From Candidatus Woesearchaeota archaeon (lineage in GTDB: Archaea > Nanobdellota > Nanobdellia > Nanobdellales > CAZNIQ01), in the NCBI GenBank assembly GCA_964573185.1, contig CAZNIQ010000020.1:1-13093 (forward strand): a stretch of DNA of 13,093 bases. The letters run 5' to 3'. This document shows, piece by piece, positions 7,480 to 13,093 of the stretch; the stretch's first letter is position 1; the number at the start of each line of letters is the position of its first letter. The translations under genes were made by a program, and so were the position numbers. The notes beneath the pieces are model-generated. The model was not told the DNA's origin, did not search any database, and worked only from the letters and a program-made list of their open reading frames with translations.

Positions 7480-7929
7480 ATGGTTGTCCGAAGGAGAAAG
7501 AAATATAGGAAATATGTTGGTACTCGTTATGCCAGAAGAGGATATAATGATAGAAACAGAGGTAAGGGTAATAAAGGGGGAAGCGGTCTGTCTGGCTGGA
7601 AATTTAAGAAACAGAAATATCATAAAATTGTAAAAGAATATCCTGAACTATTTGAAGATAAGAAAGGTTTTGTTCCTCCTAGAAGGAAGGAAATAAATGC
7701 TATAAATCTATACCAAATAGAAGAAAAATTAGATGCTTGGGTTGAACAGGGATTGGTAACAAAGGAAGGAGAGTACTATGTTGTAGATGTGACAAAACTA
7801 GGATACAATAAGGTTTTAGGAAGAGGAAGAGTTATACATAAATTAAAGATAATTACTCCAATGATCTCTGAAGAGGCTAAAAGGAAGGTAGAAGAAGCTG
7901 GCGGTATAGTTGAAATAAAACCATTATAA
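7480..7929 (+). CDS. rpl15: 50S ribosomal protein uL15
   Basis: Basic glycine-rich N-terminus (RRRKKYRKYVGTRYARRGYNDRNRGKGNKGGSGLSG), a C-terminal KVLGRGRV segment, and typical length. Lies downstream of uL30 as in the canonical cluster, but after a 161-nt gap. Confidence 0.9.
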   Translation: MVVRRRKKYRKYVGTRYARRGYNDRNRGKGNKGGSGLSGWKFKKQKYHKIVKEYPELFEDKKGFVPPRRKEINAINLYQIEEKLDAWVEQGLVTKEGEYYVVDVTKLGYNKVLGRGRVIHKLKIITPMISEEAKRKVEEAGGIVEIKPL

Positions 7930-7930
7930 A

Positions 7931-8326
7931 ATGGAGTGCGTATTCTGTAAAATAATTAACAAGGAAATACCAGCTTATATTGTGTATGAAGATGATGTAG
8001 CTATAGCATTTTTGGATATAAATCCTGTTTCAGAAGGACATTTATTAGTAGTTCCCAAAAAACATGTATCAAGATTAACAGAGCTTTCTGAAGAAGAAGC
8101 TGCTGAATTTATCAAAAGAGTTCAAAAAATAGCCAAATTGGTTGAAGAAAAACTATCCAAAGATTATAATATAATTATAAACCAAGGGGAAAAAGCTGGA
8201 CAAGTAATACAGCATTTACACGTTCACATAATACCTAGATATGGAAAAGAACAATTATTCTTATGGGTAACACATAAGTTAACTGAAGAAGAAGCAAAGA
8301 GGGTTTTAGAAAAGCTAAAACTTTAA
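7931..8326 (+). CDS. HIT-family (histidine triad) nucleotide hydrolase/transferase
   Basis: Histidine triad HLHVHIIPR, an N-terminal CxFC (ECVFCKII), and a [14 protein letters not shown] segment. The start is 1 nt after the uL15 stop. Confidence 0.9.
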   Translation: MECVFCKIINKEIPAYIVYEDDVAIAFLDINPVSEGHLLVVPKKHVSRLTELSEEEAAEFIKRVQKIAKLVEEKLSKDYNIIINQGEKAGQVIQHLHVHIIPRYGKEQLFLWVTHKLTEEEAKRVLEKLKL

Positions 8327-8348
8327 ATTTTATTATAATCTTTTAACA

Positions 8349-8993
8349 ATGGCTGAGCAAAAGAAAGAAGAAATAATCAAGAAAGCTCTTGAAAGAATTA
8401 ATAAATTAAAGTTCTGGTTCAGATGGGATTGGAATGTTGAAGTTACAGATCCTTCTTTGAAAGCTTATATTAATTTAAGACCGTGGATCGTTCCTAAAAC
8501 TTGTGGAAGATATCAGAAAAAGAGGTTTGGAAAGGCAAAAATCCCAATAATTGAAAGATTAATTGGAAGATTAATGGTTCCAGGACATTTAGGTAAAAAG
8601 CATAAATATACATCTGGACATTGTACTGGAAAATGGTACAAGGCTTTAAAAATAGTTTTAGAAGCTTTTGAAATAATTGAAAAAAGAACTAAACAGAATC
8701 CAATACAAGTTTTGGTTAGAGCAATAGAAAATGCTGCTCCAAGAGAGGAAATTACCACAATTGAAATAGGTGGTGCTAGGTATCCAGTAGCTGTAGATGT
8801 TTCTCCTCAAAGAAGGGTTGATTTAGCGATAAGACATATAGTTTGGGGTGCTTATCATGGTTCAAGAAGAAAACCTAAATCTATGGCAGAAGCTTTAGCA
8901 GAAGAAATAATAAAAGCTGCAAATAATGACGCATCCTCATTTGCTATACAAAAGAAATTAGAGTTAGAGAGAATTGCTGAATCTTCAAGATAA
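8349..8993 (+). CDS. rps7: 30S ribosomal protein uS7
   Basis: [46 protein letters not shown] and [22 protein letters not shown] are conserved archaeal S7 segments. Confidence 0.95.
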   Translation: MAEQKKEEIIKKALERINKLKFWFRWDWNVEVTDPSLKAYINLRPWIVPKTCGRYQKKRFGKAKIPIIERLIGRLMVPGHLGKKHKYTSGHCTGKWYKALKIVLEAFEIIEKRTKQNPIQVLVRAIENAAPREEITTIEIGGARYPVAVDVSPQRRVDLAIRHIVWGAYHGSRRKPKSMAEALAEEIIKAANNDASSFAIQKKLELERIAESSR

Positions 8994-9016
8994 TCTTTTT
9001 TAATAATTAAAACTGA
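8994..9016. terminator. T-rich bidirectional termination zone between convergent uS7 and tRNA-His
   Basis: The plus strand reads TCTTTTTT immediately after the S7 stop. The minus strand reads TCAGTTTT immediately after tRNA position 73. Oligo-T tracts are the usual archaeal termination signal. Inferred from sequence only. Confidence 0.35.
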
Positions 9017-9089
9017 GGCCCGGGCCGGGATTCGAACCCGGGACCTCCGGGTCCACAGCCCGGCGCTCTGCCGCTGAGCTACCCGGGCC
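9017..9089 (-). tRNA. tRNA-His (anticodon GUG) with genomically encoded G-1, no encoded CCA
   Basis: I folded the reverse complement by hand. G-1; acceptor GCCCGGG/CCCGGGC; U8 A9; D stem GCUC/GAGC with loop AGCGGCA; anticodon stem CCGGG/CCCGG with loop CUGUGGA (GUG); variable AGGUC; T stem CCGGG/CCCGG with loop UUCGAAU; C73 pairs with G-1. The acceptor, anticodon and T stems are entirely G:C, and the D stem has one A:U pair. It is followed by UCA rather than CCA. Confidence 0.95.
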
Positions 9090-9128
9090 AAGTAAACTTT
9101 AATTATATCCTAACTTTTAAAATCCTTA
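9090..9128. promoter_or_regulatory. 39-bp divergent promoter region shared by tRNA-His and the radical-SAM gene
   Basis: Plus-strand CTTTAATTATAT (9097-9108) is centred ~26 bp upstream of ATG 9129. TTTTAAAA (9115-9122, the same on both strands) is centred ~29 bp upstream of the tRNA G-1 at 9089. Each TATA-like element lies closer to the other gene's start. Confidence 0.4.
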
Positions 9129-10676
9129 ATGGAAGTTCTGGAGAGGACGGCGTCAATTATTGTAGAAAACGAAAAAATAAAACCTATTCCTGCAGCTTAT
9201 ATAAAAGAAGGGGAAAATATTTTTCTTGTTAAATTTGATAAAAACGGGAATATTATTGAAAAAGAATATATAGGAAAATATTGGTGGTGGGAACATATTC
9301 ATAAATTTTCTACTGAAGAAACTGGAAAAATAAATCCATTAACGCGAAATAAGGGATGTCCTTTGTCCTGTGGTCTATGTAATATCCATAAAAATAACAC
9401 AGCTTTATTAAATATTGTTGTAACAAATAGATGTGAATTACAATGTTGGTACTGCTTCTTTTATGCTGAAAGAGCAGGTTATATCTATGAACCCTCATTA
9501 GAGGAAATCTTAGAGATGGTAGATAGATCTAAGGAAGCTAATGGTAGATATCCTGCAGTGCAATTAACTGGTGGAGAACCTTTATTAAGAGAGGATTTGC
9601 TAGAAATAATTAAAGCTTTAAGGAAAAAAGGAATTCCACATATACAGTTAAATACATCATTAGTTCAGTTAGGAATTTTAGCCTATAATTCTATGGATAA
9701 CGCTATTGATTATGTAAGAGAATTAAGAAAAGCTGGGTTGAATACAATTTACACTTCTTTTGATGGGGTTGATCCTAAAGTCAATTTCAAAAACCATTAC
9801 GAATTACCTTTTGCTTTAGAGGCTTTGAAAGAAGGTGGTGTAACATCTGTAGTTCTAGTTCCTACTTTAATTAGAGGTTATAACTTCCCAAATGAATTGA
9901 AAAATATTATCTTATTCGCATTAAAACATAGAGAAGTAATAAGAGGTGTGAACTTCCAACCAATATCCTTTGTAGGACAAGCTTCAACATTGGAAAGAGA
10001 ACAACAAAGAGTTACAATCTCTGATCTAATTGAAGAGCTAGAAAAACAGCTAGGAATTCCAAGATTCTCATGGTACCCAATTCCAATAGTTGTACCCTTA
10101 CTAAAAGCTCTAGGGAAAGAGAATTTAGGATTTCATAATAATCCAAAATGTGGAATGGCTACTTACATTAGAGAAAGAAATGGGAGGATTGAAAGTATAA
10201 TAGAATACTTAGATGTTGAAAAAATTTATAATGCTTTAAGGAGATTTGGAAAATTGGGATTATTGTCGTTTTTAGTTTATTCAAAAGGGGATTTAAGAAG
10301 GGATGTTCTTAGATTAGCTATTAAAAGGGATTATGATTCTGCAGGGAAATTACATTATGATTGGACGTTTTTAGGGGTAATGCATTTTATGGATTGGTAT
10401 AACTATGATATTAAGAGAGTTCAGAGGTGCTGTATACATTATGGATTACCTGATGGTAGAATAGTTCCTTTCTGCTCATATAATGTATTTCCTTGGTTAT
10501 ATAGGGATAAAATTTTCAAGCAATATGCTATTAAAGATGAACATATATTAGAAAAACTAAGAAGTCAAACAAAGGAAGCTATTAAAAGAAGGGCAGAATT
10601 TAGAAGTAAGATTAATGAGATAAGAAGAGATCCTATATATCAGAAGTATTATCAAGCTCTAATCCTTTATCAGTAA
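9129..10676 (+). CDS. radical SAM protein, probable tetraether lipid synthase family (Tes/GDGT-MAS-like, COG1964)
   Basis: Radical-SAM CxxxCxxC (NRCELQCWYC; C102/C106/C109), preceded by a second triad GCPLSCGLC (C77/C81/C84). GGEPLL SAM-binding motif. C-terminal cysteines NPKCG and RCCIHYGLPDGRIVPFCSYN. The ~515-aa length and this cysteine layout match my recollection of the MJ0619-type family. The radical-SAM call is secure. The Tes assignment is from memory, not from an alignment. Confidence 0.7.
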   Translation: MEVLERTASIIVENEKIKPIPAAYIKEGENIFLVKFDKNGNIIEKEYIGKYWWWEHIHKFSTEETGKINPLTRNKGCPLSCGLCNIHKNNTALLNIVVTNRCELQCWYCFFYAERAGYIYEPSLEEILEMVDRSKEANGRYPAVQLTGGEPLLREDLLEIIKALRKKGIPHIQLNTSLVQLGILAYNSMDNAIDYVRELRKAGLNTIYTSFDGVDPKVNFKNHYELPFALEALKEGGVTSVVLVPTLIRGYNFPNELKNIILFALKHREVIRGVNFQPISFVGQASTLEREQQRVTISDLIEELEKQLGIPRFSWYPIPIVVPLLKALGKENLGFHNNPKCGMATYIRERNGRIESIIEYLDVEKIYNALRRFGKLGLLSFLVYSKGDLRRDVLRLAIKRDYDSAGKLHYDWTFLGVMHFMDWYNYDIKRVQRCCIHYGLPDGRIVPFCSYNVFPWLYRDKIFKQYAIKDEHILEKLRSQTKEAIKRRAEFRSKINEIRRDPIYQKYYQALILYQ

Positions 10677-11349
10677 TCCTAAATCTTATTTTTCTTCCTT
10701 CTGGCAAATACCTATGTTTTCTTAGTATAGCCTCTCTAACACCCAAATCAACAATTCTTAGTTCAACCAAACATTTAGACCAATATTTTATTAAATCACC
10801 TCCCACAATTTCTATTTTTTCCTTTTCCTCAAATGGAGTATAGACTTGGTTTGTAACTAAAACAGGGATATTATATTTCCTAGCTATTTCAGCTAAAATT
10901 TGTAATTGTCTCGCAAGCTCTCTATTAACTTCTCTTGCTTCATAATCCCCTAATTCTAATCTATATAACATTGATATTGAGTCTACAACTATTAACCCTA
11001 TACTTTCCGGATTAGACTTTACATAATCATATGCCATAAAAATATATTTCTTCTGTTCTTGAAAAGTAGTTGGAGTCATTAAAATTATTCTTCTTAATAT
11101 TTCTTCAAATAAATTCCCCGATAATTGTTTAACTCTTTCAAAAGAAAATCCCCCTTCAGTATCTATAAAAATAACTTTCTTATTTCTCCTTGCTACAGCA
11201 ACAGATGCTACTAACGCTATATTTGTTTTTCCAGATCCGGCAGGACCATAGAAGGCTGTTATAATGTCAGGTTCCAATCCTCCATCTAATAAGATATCAA
11301 TTGCGGAATCAGTAGGAACTTTACGTTGCTTTAAAGATAATTCTTCCAT
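10633..11349 (-). CDS. radB: DNA repair/recombination protein RadB (RadA paralogue)
   Basis: Short RecA-core-only protein: LLDGGLEPDIITAFYGPAGSGKT (Walker A), IGLIVVDS (Walker B), and no N-terminal HhH domain. I place the start at ATG 11349 (MEELS...). The ORF-track start at 11364 is a TTG codon. The 3' end overlaps the convergent radical-SAM gene by 44 nt. Confidence 0.85.
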   Translation of the reverse strand: MEELSLKQRKVPTDSAIDILLDGGLEPDIITAFYGPAGSGKTNIALVASVAVARRNKKVIFIDTEGGFSFERVKQLSGNLFEEILRRIILMTPTTFQEQKKYIFMAYDYVKSNPESIGLIVVDSISMLYRLELGDYEAREVNRELARQLQILAEIARKYNIPVLVTNQVYTPFEEKEKIEIVGGDLIKYWSKCLVELRIVDLGVREAILRKHRYLPEGRKIRFRITDKGLELDNTSDI

Positions 11350-11833
11350 TAATATATGCTTCAATTAAAAAGTTTAAAGTTTCATTTTCGTTCCTTTTTT
11401 CAATAATTTTAACTAATTTTTCTAAAGTTTCTTTATCCATATAAATTGTTAAGTTCGTAGGTCCATTATAAAAATGTAAATATTCGTTTATTTTGAATTT
11501 TTTGCAAAAGGCTGTATAATTTTCAACAACACAGATTTTTACAGTATCCCCAAATATATCTTTTAATTTCTCAATAGAAAAATATTCGTTAAGAATCAGA
11601 AAGCTGTTCAGTGCTTTTAGAATTTCATCCCTTGGTTTTAAAGGATATTCCTTGTAATTTACCTCCTTAGGAATTAAAGTAGTTAGGTAAAATTTTACGT
11701 AATCTCTTAATGGGATTTCTGTTTGATAATTCCCTATTTTGAAAGGAACCTTCGGATTTATGTAAAAAAGCAAACCAACAAATGAAAGGAAAAGTATGAA
11801 AGTTATCATAAGAAAATTCCTGAATAATGCCAT
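11321..11833 (-). CDS. hypothetical membrane-anchored protein (170 aa), single N-terminal TM helix
   Basis: ATG start. Hydrophobic segment FLMITFILFLSFVGLLFY near the N-terminus, followed by a ~145-aa soluble domain. A TATA-like element lies ~23 bp upstream. The 3' end overlaps radB by 29-44 nt in a different frame. No family securely recognised (see finding). Confidence 0.6.
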   Translation of the reverse strand: MALFRNFLMITFILFLSFVGLLFYINPKVPFKIGNYQTEIPLRDYVKFYLTTLIPKEVNYKEYPLKPRDEILKALNSFLILNEYFSIEKLKDIFGDTVKICVVENYTAFCKKFKINEYLHFYNGPTNLTIYMDKETLEKLVKIIEKRNENETLNFLIEAYINGRIIFKAT

Positions 11834-11880
11834 GTTAAAGCTTTGATACTATTTTTAAATGTTTTTCTTAAAGAACTTAA
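11834..11880. promoter_or_regulatory. 47-bp divergent intergenic region with a single central TATA-like element
   Basis: ATTTTTAAAT (11851-11860) is centred ~23 bp from ATG 11833 (minus strand) and ~25 bp from ATG 11881 (plus strand). I saw no second TATA-like element at a comparable distance. Confidence 0.4.
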
Positions 11881-12888
11881 ATGCCAAAATCTGGTGAGAA
11901 GAGAAGACCTAGAAGAGGTTCTGCTGGTTTTTGGCCTAGAAAGAGAGCTAAAAGAATTTATCCTAGAATAAGATCTTGGCCAAAAGTTGATCAAGTAGTT
12001 GCTTTAGGTCATGCTGGATATAAAGTTGGAATGACTCATATGATAGTAATAGACAATAGAAAGAACTCCCCAACATATGGTGAAGAAATTTGGATCCCTG
12101 TAACGATTATTGAAACTCCTCCTTTGAAAGTTTGTGGTATAAGATTTTACAAATTAACTCCATATGGTTATAAAACTTTAACCGAGGTTTGGGCTGAAAA
12201 TATTGATCAAAGGGTTCTGAGAAAAATACCTACTTTAAGAACTAATGGAGATGTTGAGCAAAGATTAAAGCAAATAGAACAAATTCTACCAGAGGTATCT
12301 GAAATAAGATTAATAGTACATACGCAACCATGGTTAGCCGGGATAGGAAAGAAGACACCAGAAGTATTTGAAATAGCTATCGGTGGGGAAAACATACAAG
12401 AAAAATTTGAATACGCTAAGAAATTATTAGGAAATGATTTGAAAATACAAGATGTATTTAAGGAAGGAATGCAAATAGATGTTTCAGCTGTTACAAAAGG
12501 TAAAGGTTTTCAGGGAGAAATAAAGAGATTTGGAGTTAAATTAATGCATCATAAAGCTGAGAAGAAGAGAAGAAAAACTGGAAATAGAGGTCCAGAAGGA
12601 TTGGCGAGAGTATTACCTACTGTTCCTATGCCCGGTCAAATGGGCTTCCATACTAGAACAGAATATAACAAGTGGATTATAAAGATATCAGATAATCCCG
12701 ATGAGATAAATCCAAAATCTGGTTGGCCACACTATGGTATTGTAAGAACAACATGGATTGCCGTAAAAGGTTCAGTACCTGGACCAGTTAAAAGATTAAT
12801 TAGATTAAGATATCCTGTAAGACCAAATCCAAAGATCCCATCCGAACCACCACAAATTGTATATATCTCAACAGCACCTAAGAATTAA
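11881..12888 (+). CDS. rpl3: 50S ribosomal protein uL3
   Basis: N-terminus RRPRRGSAGFWPRKRA, then GHAGYKVGMTHM, KGKGFQGEIKRFGVK and PGQMGFHTRTEYNK, all conserved archaeal L3 segments. 335 aa. Confidence 0.95.
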   Translation: MPKSGEKRRPRRGSAGFWPRKRAKRIYPRIRSWPKVDQVVALGHAGYKVGMTHMIVIDNRKNSPTYGEEIWIPVTIIETPPLKVCGIRFYKLTPYGYKTLTEVWAENIDQRVLRKIPTLRTNGDVEQRLKQIEQILPEVSEIRLIVHTQPWLAGIGKKTPEVFEIAIGGENIQEKFEYAKKLLGNDLKIQDVFKEGMQIDVSAVTKGKGFQGEIKRFGVKLMHHKAEKKRRKTGNRGPEGLARVLPTVPMPGQMGFHTRTEYNKWIIKISDNPDEINPKSGWPHYGIVRTTWIAVKGSVPGPVKRLIRLRYPVRPNPKIPSEPPQIVYISTAPKN

Positions 12889-13093
12889 TGAAAAAGAACC
12901 TTATACTATTAATCCCTTTTTTACCTTTAATTTTAGTTTTAATCCTTTATCCTTTCTTAAAATTTGAATTCGCAAAGAAAGTTTACATAATTAAAATAGA
13001 GGAACCTATTCTTTATTCTGATTTAGATATCGATAGACTATACTATTTTTTAAAACATTTTGATGGAGATGGATTAATACTTTATATAGATTC
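12888..13093 (+). CDS. partial CDS (5' end only): membrane-anchored protein, possibly a ClpP-class/SppA- or NfeD-like serine protease
   Basis: Not in the supplied track. ATG 12888 overlaps the L3 stop (TAATG), and the frame stays open to the window edge (68 codons). N-terminal hydrophobic helix (LILLIPFLPLILVLILYPFL), then VYIIKIEEPI...GDGLILYIDS, which resembles the xVxxIxGxI...xxLxIDSPGG start of S49/NfeD proteases. The fragment ends before the diagnostic residues. Confidence 0.4.
   Translation, partial: MKKNLILLIPFLPLILVLILYPFLKFEFAKKVYIIKIEEPILYSDLDIDRLYYFLKHFDGDGLILYID

Noticed and set aside
8513-8758. 81-aa minus-strand ORF inside uS7
   Set aside because: Antisense shadow of a conserved ribosomal protein gene.
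8855-9091. 78-aa minus-strand ORF spanning the tRNA and the S7 3' end
   Set aside because: Its N-terminal part is simply the tRNA-His gene read as protein (MARVAQRQSAGLW...), and the rest is antisense to S7. The tRNA fold explains the sequence fully.
9310-9498. 62-aa minus-strand ORF inside the radical-SAM gene
   Set aside because: Antisense shadow that overlaps the region encoding the radical-SAM cysteine motifs.
11350-11364. ORF-track start of radB at 11364
   Set aside because: That codon is TTG, not ATG. The ATG at 11349 gives an N-terminus (MEELSL...PTDSAIDILLDGG) of the usual RadB length, so I annotated 10633-11349.
11806-12395. Minus-strand ORFs 11806-11994 and 12207-12395 overlapping uL3
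   Set aside because: Both are antisense to the conserved L3 coding sequence. The first would also run through the divergent promoter. The products are Ser/Arg-rich and low in complexity.
1-13093. Looked for CRISPR repeats, transposase/integrase genes, terminal inverted repeats, toxin-antitoxin pairs, restriction-modification or other defence modules, inteins and split genes
   Set aside because: I saw none. Every large ORF is accounted for by a housekeeping family or is a single orphan. No repeated spacer-repeat periodicity is visible. The only strongly GC-rich island is the tRNA.

Overview
AT-rich, very gene-dense archaeal chromosomal segment. I saw no rRNA, CRISPR array, transposase or recognisable defence genes. 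I support 18 CDS (one truncated by the window end), one tRNA-His(GUG) and one candidate C/D-box sRNA. Recognisable genes are ftsZ, ATP-dependent DNA ligase, a TrmB-family regulator, a nitroreductase-family protein, ribosomal proteins uL16(L10e), eL37, uS5, uL30, uL15, uS7 and uL3, a HIT hydrolase, a large radical-SAM protein that looks like the tetraether-lipid-synthase (Tes/GDGT-MAS, COG1964) family, and RadB. Three ORFs (90, 150 and 170 aa) have no family I can name. The all-G:C tRNA stems in an AT-rich genome, the charged/Ile-rich proteins, the FtsZ+RadB combination, the scrambled ribosomal-protein clusters and the overlapping genes suggest a genome-reduced (hyper)thermophilic archaeon, possibly DPANN/Nanoarchaeota-like. 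That taxonomic call is inference only. Most of the window is ordinary housekeeping and I found no multi-gene novel system. The items worth a second look are: (1) a complete C/D-box sRNA architecture on the minus strand whose C' box is the ATGATG start of the nitroreductase ORF; (2) the Tes-like radical-SAM enzyme, which has no cysteine in its first ~75 aa; (3) tRNA-His with an encoded G-1 and a 39-bp criss-cross divergent promoter; (4) an orphan 150-aa ORF coupled by TAATG to L10e; (5) a membrane-anchored 170-aa orphan overlapping radB; (6) fragmented ribosomal operons; and (7) TATA-like elements about 25 bp upstream of many start codons, which fits leaderless mRNAs.
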